From Yuukianura sp. NJ FZ-2021 (Eukaryota): a stretch of DNA of 64,000 nt. The position numbers and the translations under genes are program-made. Below, piece by piece: positions 37,306 through 48,005 of the stretch. Under the pieces are notes generated by a model. It saw nothing but the letters and a program-made list of their open reading frames with translations, searched no databases and was not told where the DNA came from. The stretch covers positions 1,178,001-1,242,000 of the forward strand of contig CM102286.1 of NCBI GenBank assembly GCA_046563655.1. Reading direction: 5' to 3'. Numbering within the stretch: the stretch's first letter is position 1; every line of letters begins with the position of its first letter.

Positions 37306-39448
37306 TTATCTGGATTTGGCGGTCGTAGAAAGTTGTTCATTTTTGGAGCAACACTTTTGCGGGAGTTCGACACTCAAATCTGCCAGTACATAGGCCGCTG
37401 CTGCCCAAAAGGCGGTGCACAAGTCTAATTCGTCACTATTTTGTACTGTCATGGTGTCTCCCTTGGTGTGATGAAAGTAATAGTACTTGGAGTCGTCGTT
37501 GCTCAAACTTAGACCAGTTACTCCCCGTTCAACAAAAACGTCAATGTCAGATCCATGTTGTGAAACGGGATTCAAGGCAGTGGTGTTGATACGTTCAAAT
37601 AATTTTAAAATTTCTTGAACAATACATCCAGCTTCAGAAGTTCCTGTAAAGTCAAAGCCCAAAGGTCGAAACGTTCCATCGTCAGATTCCATAAAAGTTT
37701 TGATTTTGTCCAATTCATGTTCATGTTCTTTCAAGTAGGCTCTGGCTCCTTGCTTCCCTGTTTCCTCCGCTGTCCACAGAATGGCGCGAAGTGTGCGCCG
37801 TGGCGTCAACTTCAAGTATTTCAGGACAAGCAAGGCTTCAAGTGAAACGAAAACGCCACCGCCGTCGTCCACCGCTCCTTGACCAACATCCCACCTTAAA
37901 TTTTTCAAATCACGCCAAATAAAAAAATAAAAAGCTCAAAAAATCTATGAGGGGAGATCATAAGCAAAAATATTCAAAAAATCTTCAACGGATTTTTTTT
38001 GCTACACCAACTCAAGTGGTGGTGAAAAAACCTTAGCGACCAAAACCGATTTTTGAAAACTAAACAACATGACGTCACTGCAAAAGAAATAGACGTTTAT
38101 TTCCGCTAGTGGCGGTTTACAATGGTAACTAATGGCAACGCAAAAAAAAATTAAAATCCGTGACGTCACCAAGGGGAATACAGTGAGATTTTTAGGATTT
38201 CTAGTGTACGGAAAAGTTTTCAATGAAGGTGTTAACACGGAAACAGAGAAAAAAACTCGTTGCAGATTTTTTAAAGGATTTTTGCAGGGGATCTCCCCAC
38301 ATAACAATTATTGTTTTCTTACGAATCGATGTGTCCTGATACAATAATGACGTCATCCGGCAGCTTACTGCCCTTGATTTCACCAACTACATTTCTGGAT
38401 GTTGCAGGAGGACGAGATTTGGCCTCCATTTTTAAATTGACGTAAATTTTCCTACCTGAAATTTTTAAAATCAATTTTTTTCAAAACTACACAGGTTTAG
38501 ACATTTTTTTTAAATTTTGAAGCATTCTTTTTAAACTTTGAAGCGTTTTTAAGCATTTTACTGCGGTTTTGCATTCGTTCCAACATATCAGCGTCTTCGA
38601 CTGTGATACAAGCCGCTGGAATTTTTCGTTCACCGTCTGCATACACTTGTTGACCGGTATGTGGACTGTAGACGGAAAACGGTGTAATTGAGCGAACCAA
38701 AACTGCGACGGCGCCAAATTTCGAAGCTTTGCTTGCACCAGCCGTACGGTACTCGACTGTTGCTCCGTACTCTTCAAAAACTGGATTCAAAACGACTATC
38801 TTGCCACGTACCTATCAGCCAAAAAAAAATTACACCAGAATTTTTTTTTTCAAAAAAAATATAACTGACTTCTTCTGCTCGGTTACGAAGTTCGTCAAAA
38901 GTTGTTACGACGATGACCTCTGCTTGGATGCCCTCAGGCGGCGTTCCGACTGACCCACCAAGGCCAAGCATCGCCAGTTTCACGGGTCTTGGTTCAAGCA
39001 GTTCTAAACTTTCTGCACCTCTGTTTTCAAAAAAAGATATCAAATTTTTGAGTTAAAACTCTTTTTCTAAAAGGTTTAACAGTTTCACTTTAGTTTTTTC
39101 TGTGTTTCAACTTTACCTGACCCAGTGTGAAACTGTTGCGTTTTCACCATGTACATTCTCCAGTCCTTCCGCTTTCATTTTCTGAATCATAAAATCAATT
39201 ACTTTTTCCAAAGTTTCGGATCCAGCAAGTCGATTTCCATACTTGTCCACCATGTAACTGAGCTCGTTGTACGTTTTTCCTTTGAAAGAACCTGCAACAA
39301 CTTCGTCAATGATTTTATCAACCACGGTCTGGTAGGATGCAATTTCAGATTTCAACTCGGGTGACAACTTGCAGTCATCCGAAATACCCGCGAAAACAAT
39401 TTGAAAAATTGGGGCCAAAATAATTAGTAAAACACAAGTTTTTGACAT
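37306..39448 (-). CDS. CPQ: Carboxypeptidase Q / plasma glutamate carboxypeptidase (M28) paralog 2
   Basis: Signal peptide [20 protein letters not shown], then SHWVRG, PA-domain [43 protein letters not shown] and [11 protein letters not shown]. Same five-exon layout as the other paralogs. Confidence 0.9.
37951..38298. mobile_element. MITE-like insertion in the last intron of CPQ paralog 2
   Basis: Ends GGGGAGATC ... GATCTCCCC with about 50 bp of imperfect inverted repeat. It explains why this intron is much longer than the equivalent introns in the paralogs. No clear TSD. Confidence 0.5.
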
Positions 39449-39662
39449 TTTGGAAAACTGAATAGTACTCAAAATGAAAAGTAAAGTGAGCCATTTCTTG
39501 AGTTTTTGCTTACGCAAATCACCCTTTATTGAGAGTATTTTTTTAACAATGGAACAATACTAGCGTGCGTAAGATTTATTGTTAGACTAAAAAAAAAACA
39601 AGTTAATTTTATTTAATGTAACAATAAAAAGCTATTTATAACTGCTTTTTGTTTTTTGGAAA

Positions 39663-41540
39663 CTAAATTTTTGAAACTTTCCGCGGAAGCTCGACGCTTA
39701 AATCTGCAAGGACGTAGGCAGAGGCTGCCCAGACAGCGGTGCACAGGTCTAATTCGGCACTATTTTCTACCGTCATGGTGTCACCTTCTGAATGATGAAA
39801 GTAAAAGTACTTGGAGTTGGCATTGTTCAAACTTAGGCCAGGCACTCCTTGTTGTATGAAAAATCCAATGTCAGATCCAACTTCTGGATCTGCTCTGAAC
39901 ATCGTGGCATTGATTGGTTCAAATAATTTTAAAACTTCTTGAATTATACAGCCAGCTTCAAAAGTTCCTGAAAAATCTAAACCAAGTGGACGGAAAGTGC
40001 CAATGTCTGACTCAAAAACGGCTTTGAAGTGGTCCATTTCATGCATATGCTTTTTGACGTAGTCTTGAACACCAATCAACCCCATTTCTTCTGATGTCCA
40101 CAAAATGGCGCGAAGTGTGCGTCGTGGCGTTAAATTCAAAAATCGGAGTAACGCCAACGCCTCAACTGAAATAAAAGCTCCGCCTCCATCGTCCATTGCT
40201 CCATCTCCGACGTCCCACCTAAAATTTCACATAAACCAGCGAAAAAAACTACTTAGCGAAACTTTTTAACACTTTTAACATATAACTTAATGTTTTAACA
40301 GTTTAACATGCAAGATATTTTAACATTTTAACACTTACGAATCGATGTGGCCAGAAACAACGACGACATCTTGCGGTAAAGTTTTTCCTTTGATTTCTCC
40401 AATGGCATTTCGTGACGTCACTGGCGGCAGATTTTTGGCTTCCATTTTTAACAAAATTTCAATTTTCCATCCTAAAAGGAATTTCAAAAAGTAAACTCGT
40501 AGTTTTTTTTTATAAGTTTTTGAAAAATTTGTTTAAACTTGCCGCGTTTTTGAAATCGATGAAGCATTTGAGCATCTTCGACGGTTATACATGCAGATGG
40601 AATTTGTGTAACGTTGTCCTCGTAGTCTAACATTCCCGTGTGTGGACTGTTAATAGAAAACGGTGTTACGGAACGCACGAGAGCTGCGAGGCCGCCGAGT
40701 TTTGCCACTTCTGAAGCTCCAGCACCGCGATACTTAACACTGGAGCCATAAGTCTTATATTTTTCGTTAAAAACGACAATTTTCCCGCGTACCTAAAATT
40801 TTAAACAGAAATCTGAATTCCACAAATTCAAAAATTTTGTACTTTTTAACAACTTACCTCGTGTGCTCGTAATTGCAATTCCGTAAAATTTCTAACTACA
40901 ATAACTTCTGCTCGAATTCCTTCTGGAGGCGTTCCAACGGAGTATCCAAGTCCAAGCAGCGCCAATTTTTTTCGTCTTGGCAAAATCATTTCAGCACTTT
41001 CGGAGCCTCTGTTAAAACAATTTTTTTAAAAATTTGTACAAAAAATAGTTTTTTTTTAATTTACATTATTATTTTTTTTACTAACCTGACCCAGTGTGGA
41101 ATTGTTACATTTTCTCCATGAACATTTTCCAAACCATCTCGTTCCATTTTTCTTAACATGAAATCAATCGAATTTTCCAAATTTTGAGTTCCCGCTTGTC
41201 GACTGCCAAATTGATCCACAAAATAAGCAAGGTCATTATACGTTTTTCCACGAAACGCTCCACTAACTGCTGCTTGTATTATTCGATTTGTGATGTTTTG
41301 GTATGAAGCAATTTCTCGTTTCAGACTACTCGAAACTGAGCAACTTTGACGTGAGATGAATTCAGTTGGTTTTTGAAATTTCAAAGCTTCAAATTCCTCT
41401 TTACCCAAAATTTGATTTGTTTCAATTTCACGTTGGGCTAAAACCTCCTCATCGAAGTTCTTTTGCACTTTAGAATTCAAGCAGTTTGAAAATTCAAGAA
41501 CTATGAACAACAAAACACAAGTAAAAGTTAAGAAATTCAT
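39663..41540 (-). CDS. CPQ: Carboxypeptidase Q (M28) paralog 3
   Basis: Signal peptide [20 protein letters not shown], then [49 protein letters not shown] and [11 protein letters not shown]. Confidence 0.9.
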
Positions 41541-42301
41541 CTTTTTGTTTCAAAATTTATGAATCAGAAATTCAACTAATAGTAGAAATTTGGTTTGATT
41601 ATAACCGGGAGACGTTATGGACAAAAAGCATAAAGAGTAACTAATTTGTATAAGTTTGAAGCCACTTTGTGTTCTACGGAGCGGATGGACTTAAGTTTTT
41701 TGTTTGTTCTGCTATCATTTCTAACAAAAGTTTATTTATAAACATTTTTTTTTACTTTGAACTCAAAAGAAGTTAATCTTTGACAAGTTGAAAAAGAACA
41801 ATGAAAACATAAAGCAAACAACGATAAATGGCATGTAGAATGAAGAAAAGATTGAAACATTTCATTTCTGGGCTAAGCATCCACATAAACTGCCAAATCA
41901 ATTGTTCAAATTGTTGTTATTAAATAGTTTTGTGAGGCCACTTTATTATTATAAGTTAGTTACACGTAGTAATTTACATAATTAAACATTTTGAATACTC
42001 TTCAATAATAATTTACCCTCAAAGTACCGAGTTTATCTCCGAATCGGAATTCAATATGTTCATATAAAGTAGAACGTATTATTTAAGATGTATGTTAGGT
42101 TAAAATTACAACTTATGTTCCAGGAACTCCAAAAACCAAGAACATTCAATTTAAAACCTGTTTCATCTTTTACCGAGTTTCAATGGTTGAACATTTGCAT
42201 GAAGCAGAAAACTCGTAGCTTTGCTGTTTGTTGTTCCTCACGACTTTCAATTTATTGTTCAAACCAATTTATTCCAAATTTTACACAATTCAGAAAAATT
42301 T

Positions 42302-42852
42302 TTATTTTTGCAGAGACTGGATCCATGCCGTCATCTCCTGAATGTCAACCTAAATAAAAAAAAAAATTTTTTTTTCGAAAATGTTTCAGCCTGAAGTTAG
42401 GAAAAAATCAAAATTACGTCTCCAGAGCGATCCGTGTCTGTCTCGCACACAAAGTCTTCGAAAGTTTTTCCCTTCATTTTCGGATACTGCGTTGAAATCA
42501 GTTCAAAAATGCTCTCAAATTCTTCTTTGCTAATAATCCCATCTTCGTTTGTATCAGCCATTTTTGCATACCATTGAGCCTCAAGCTCAGGCAAATGTAA
42601 AAGGCGCAGAATCTGATCCAGGTAGGCCATTTTAAGGCGTCCTTCATCGAACCTCAGATAGAAGTTTGTGTACGCTTGCAATTGGGTTTCCGTACGTTTG
42701 TATCCCAATGCCTGCAGTATGTTCCGATTTTCAACCTGCGTGTCGACACTGTCCGTTTCTGGATCGTAGGATCCAAAAGTACGAAATTTTGCAACTATTT
42801 TAGCTATTTCTTCTTCCGTGTATGGAACAGACATATCACGATCCGATTCCAT
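42302..42852 (-). CDS. Small EF-hand calcium-binding protein (calmodulin-like fold, degenerate N-lobe)
   Basis: Exons 42852-42418 and 42349-42302. EF loops are DTNEDGIISKEE and, across the splice junction, DTDRSGDVDIQE. Confidence 0.8.
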
Positions 42853-43075
42853 TTTTTTTCTTCAAAATTTAAAGCTTGCAGTTAAGAGTCTCAACCGTTT
42901 CGCTTGAAAATATATGCGTGACTGATGGTCCGGAAAAAAATTTCACTTCCAATTACATGGGTTTTAGATTGCATTCCCACTAACGACTGGCTTGTGTTTT
43001 TAATTGATTTATCAAAATTAATTTAAAGACAAAAAAATTAAAGACATTAAAGAACCGCAGTCACGGCAGCACGCC

Positions 43076-43182
43076 ATTGGTCCGAATGAATTGGTCCGAA
43101 ACCAATTGGTCCGAAACATCATTCGTCCGAAACTAAATGCTCCGAATTGTACACTGCTCCGAATGATTAATTGGTCCGAAAG
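43076..43182. repeat. Minisatellite of about 7 degenerate 14-17 bp units with core (TTGG)TCCGAA
   Basis: Directly visible: ATTGGTCCGAATGA ATTGGTCCGAAACCA ATTGGTCCGAAAC... Possibly the internal repeat of a non-autonomous TE. Confidence 0.7.
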
Positions 43183-43465
43183 ATTATTTGCTCGGTGTGG
43201 TGGTTCTAGAGTGAGCAGCAGACGGACAGAGAGACAGGCTGGACGAAAAACATAAAGTAGCCAGCTACTTTCCCAACTTATAATTATGTCAATTATCATT
43301 TTAAGCAGATTTGAAATTATACAGGCACAAGTTAACATATTATTTAAAATAATGTATTTAATTATTGGCCGGCTAATTCCAGTTTGTAGTTAGTACAAAA
43401 GAGAAAGCGCCTGTTGTTTTTTTTGGCAATTCAACAAATAAGCAAAAGCTCTAAAAAAAATCAGG

Positions 43466-44834
43466 ATGTTGAGCACCAACGAAGTCATCGTATTTAAATT
43501 TTTCCTAAATTTCGTTTCTGCGTTTAAATTTTTTGAACTGAGGTATGATTCTGTTACGGGCAGAGTTGAATCTAAAGTCAAAGGTCAACTGCTAACAAAA
43601 TTTCTTGGAAGCATTGCAATTTTTATGCAATGCTTAGCCCTTGTTCTCAACACTATTCAAATTCTGGATGAAAGAAATTCCCTTACACTCAAAGGAAGTT
43701 TGATGATGGTTGTCCTGGCTTGCGCAAGTGCAATATGGAAACGCCTAACGTTAGTTTGTTACCATTCCGAAATGGCTAACCTCATCAACAACATTCTAAC
43801 ACTCGACAAAGTGCTGGGTAAAATTATTTTAAAATAATTAATTGTAAAAGACAATTAAATCTGCCATAAAATTAAGTTTAAGCTAAGAAAACAATGTTTT
43901 TGAACTTGCTTATTTTAGTTGCACGGTTCAACGAATCGTACGATTTCAAAATGACTTGTAACAAAAATCGGGGAAGATTTTATGGACTTCTTGTTGCTTC
44001 AATGGGAGTTTGTATTATTTTACTTCAACTTCAAAATTTCATTTTCAATTGTACATTTTTCAAAAATCCTTGGACTTTTGGACTGTATACACTTTTGACT
44101 GGATTTGCGACGACTCAGCATTTGGTTGACTATACAACAATTTCATCCGTTTTCATTCCATCCATTTGGACTTGTGCCTACTGGCTCAAAAAATCTTGGT
44201 AGGTTTTCAATTTAAAAAAAACTCGTACTAACCAAAATTAAAAAAAAATTCTTTCCAGTGTGGAGTGGCCATCAAAAAATTGTTTCAAAACGGACTCAAT
44301 TTTTGTGTATCGTTCAATGCAACTTTTGAATCAATTGCACAATATAACTTTTGGTTCGTTCTTTTTGCCTGCCAGTAAGTTCGGTACCCTTGTGGGTTTG
44401 TTTATCGTTGCTTATTGCCTCACACGCTTGCGAAATATGCTGGACGCTACTGGTTTTGCTATGTTTGGATTCTATATGGCAATTGTGTTTTCCGTGTTGA
44501 CTCCTGGAGCAATGTTGATGTCCATGGTGTACAACATTTCAAGCAAATTTCACCAAAATTTGCAACAACAAAAAACTACAAAGATGTCTGGTGCTGAAGT
44601 TCTTTACACTGAAAAAACGCTGAAAAGTGTTCCAGTGCTCAAATGCACAATTGGGACATTCTATCACATGGAAGGCGTAAGAGACTGTTTCATTTCCAAA
44701 TAAACAAATATTTAACTTTTAATTATTTTTTTTAATTTAAAAAAAAACTTTATTAACTTATTTTTCAGAGAGCCAAATTAACACTGATGGACAATATGGT
44801 GCGGATAATTGCATATACTCTTACGATTCGCTAA
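43466..44834 (+). CDS. Chemoreceptor-like multi-TM protein, 4 exons
   Basis: Exons approx. 43466-43817, 43919-44198, 44259-44676 and 44769-44834. Hydrophobic helices; ends KSVPVLKCTIGTFYHMEG|RAKLTLMDNMVRIIAYTLTIR*. Confidence 0.65.
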
Positions 44835-45071
44835 AAATTTTACACTTATTTGGCAGGTTGGCTAAATTGTCAAATTTGTCACACATTACAAAAAAAATAG
44901 TAAAACAGTAGTGAGTGACTGACGCAAAATGTTGAAGTGAACAAAATCAACCTTTGTTGTGTTGATGAAGCGTCTTCATGTAAAACAAAACATGTAATTT
45001 TGTATAGTACAATAGTAATTAAATAATATTTCAATTCACAAAATAAACTTTTAGAAAAATTAGTAATATGA

Positions 45072-47064
45072 TTAAGACACAGTGTTATTTTTAGTTGGTA
45101 GAACAATTGGAAGTGAAAGTTGCGTTACAAAAAAGTTGGTTGGATCCCATTTCCGTTTTTGTTCAACCAATTTGTTCAAATTTTGTCCATAATTTCGAAT
45201 GAGATGATCTTTGACGTCCAAATCTGGATAATTTTGGTACGTTTCTCCTCCGTCCATGAATTGCACAGTGTCCCAAAGTTCATAGAGGAAGTTCATGCCT
45301 TGGTGGACTTGCGCAGGGTCAGAAGAGCCTTCGTAGTGAATCGTGATGTCCAGAAGTGAGTCTCTGTGGACATAGGACATGTCTGTCTTCTGGAAGTCAT
45401 GGATCGCACCCTGCTCAGAGTTGCACAGAATCCAAATGTTGTTTTGGGGAATTCTCTCCAGAACGGCAGCAACTGCGTCCATTTGAGCCCTTGTGAAGTA
45501 CTTTTTAATGAAGAAGGATTTGGCCTTGAAGTAGCGTGGAGCTGCAAGGTCTTTGCGCATGCTCTTCAAATAGGTCAGAAATAAATCGCCGTTTAACAAA
45601 TCAATCATTTGCGTTCCAAGATTTTTGGACGGGACTTCTTCCGTTTTTGGAGAAATTATTGGGGCGTAACTGTTCATGACAACGAACTGAATGTAAGAGG
45701 GAGAAGATTGAACAATTTTGAACGGTTTTGGAAAAGTTTGAAAAAGAACTTTCAAAAATTCGGTACTGTTTTTGGGTTGAACTTTTGAATCTTGAATATG
45801 AACAGCAGCAAATTCAATTCCAGAAGAAATCGGAGGAAGCAACGAGTTGTAATTGTCTGCAAAAAAAAAAAAAACTTAAAGTAACTCAAAATTTCAAACT
45901 ATATTGATACTCGATTTTTTTTTTAAATTGTGAATTTTTTGTTGTTTTGTTGTTGTTGTTTTTTTGTTTTGGTTTCTTACCACTTGTAATAGTAAATCCA
46001 AGAAAAATTGTGGGTTCATTGACCCTGATCCATTTGAGCATATTTTGAAAAGCGATGTAAGACGTGCCAAAATCTTTCAGTTTATAACGCAGTTTCACAA
46101 AAGTCATTTTCATTTTGCTGGCTTCAAACAATTTGATCTTGAATCTTGTCACAATTCCAATGTATCCCGGACCATGTCCACGCAAAGCCCAAAACAAATC
46201 CGAATTCTCCCGCTCATTTGCCACCACAATTTGACCACGCCCATCAACCATTTCAAATTCAATGACATTGTCAACTGCCAAGCCATACACATGTGAAAAG
46301 TATCCAACTGCCCCGCCAATAATGTGGCCGCCGATTCCCACCGTCAGACAATTGCCCATTGGAATTGCATAGCCACCATTTTCCCAAAAGTAAGCATGTA
46401 CTGGCCCCACCAAAGCTCCCGGCTCCACCAGCCCCACCGCGTTGGCCCCACTTCCTTCCACACTCATTTTCTGCATGTTCCTGAAGTCCACCACGAGAGT
46501 GTGGTTGGTGCCCCACCCAATGCTTTCGTAAGAGTGACCACCACTGTTCGGCACAACGTGAATCCTCGTCTGCAGTCCACATTTGACGGCAGTCGCCACG
46601 TCATGCGCAGACGTCGGCAGCAAATAAGCCACTGGGTAAACTTTTTGTATGCGCAGATTCCATTGAAGATTGAGGTGATTGTAGTAGTCGGAAGTGAGGT
46701 CACGAAGTACGAACTTTTCTGAATTGAATTCATGTATTTGTAAACATCTTCTGTAAGCTTCGATTTTGTCATTCTGCCCCGGAAAAGCGGCGACTTTTGT
46801 CCGCTGCGTCGAAAAGTTCTGAATTTTTTGAAAGAGACTTGACTGCGTTGAACAAAAATTTGATTCGTTTCTGAGTTTGTAAATTTCGAAATTTGCGATG
46901 CAGGTATTTAACCGGTGAGTTTGAATATATCCAAACTTGAAACTTGACAGAACTGAAATTCAAAATTTTGAAAATATTTTAAACTAGGAATTGAAAACGA
47001 CAAACCGTTTGACAAAATACGAGTAGTACTTACTAGTAAAAAGAAAGATGCAAAAAATATTCAT
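45072..47064 (-). CDS. Secreted BBE-like FAD-linked oxidase, copy A (no vitellogenin domain)
   Basis: Exons 47064-47034, 46952-45981 and 45856-45072. Signal peptide; FAD_binding_4 motifs NSGGHSYE, GNCLTVGIGGH and SDLFWALRG; BBE C-terminal motif YQNYPDLD...YGQNLNKLVEQKRKWDPTNFF. Confidence 0.88.
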
Positions 47065-48005
47065 TGTGTGGAAATTAAAAGTTTAAAAAAATGGAAATGT
47101 TATAAAAACTTTCTTGTCAAACTGAAATTAAAAATTTTTGATAAAAAAAAATTGTCTTGTTCAACTGTTAAATGACTTCTGATTTTAAAATTTCAAAATT
47201 GACTTTCCAGTTGGAACTAAAGATTTTGAATACACAGAATTAAGAGTGATGCTGTTGCGATTGAGTCATTTTTAGGCTTGACGAGTCTAGAAGAGATTGC
47301 TAGTTAGCGTGAATTTACGAAAGTTGATAAAACGAGATTATTTTGACACTTTGTGTAAAAAGTACAACAAAAAATAATAAGCTGCTAAATATACATACCA
47401 AAATCAAATTTTTTGGGACAATAAGCCGAAAAAATGAAGCATGCTGCAGTCAAAAAAAAAACAACATTCATAAATTGAACAAACAGAAAACGTTTATGCA
47501 AACGTCGCAAGTTGTTGACCTTCATTTTTTTCTGGATTGAACTTTCAATGAACTTTGACAATTCTTAGAAAAAATTTCAAAATAACTTGTGCCATGCGTC
47601 AATTATGGTTAACAGGGTCGCATTAGGTCACGGCAAGCATGACAATCTTCCAAGAAAACATGCCGCTTTACACTGAAACTACAGTGACAATACAAAACTG
47701 ACATAATCAGCAGCATAGTCTAGTTTACCAAAGATTATGTCAAAAAGTTCCAGGAAAAATGTTTCTCTTTGTCCATAATACTAAAAAAAATATCAAATTG
47801 AAATGATTTTTTTTAATTACATCGAATTTTGTCTTTGTTTAATTTACAAATGAAATTATGTATCAGCATACAACTGTCCAAATTTAGAAATTCTAAAGAA
47901 AATCACTTAAATTTTAATTGTTGTTGAAATCAAAACTACATTTTGCATTTATATAGTTCAAAAATCATTCAAATGTTGCACCATTTTACAGAACTTTGAC
48001 AAATT

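Noticed and set aside
43076..43182. CRISPR-like array
   Set aside because: Eukaryotic context, units of only about 15 bp, no unique spacers and no cas genes; it is a minisatellite.
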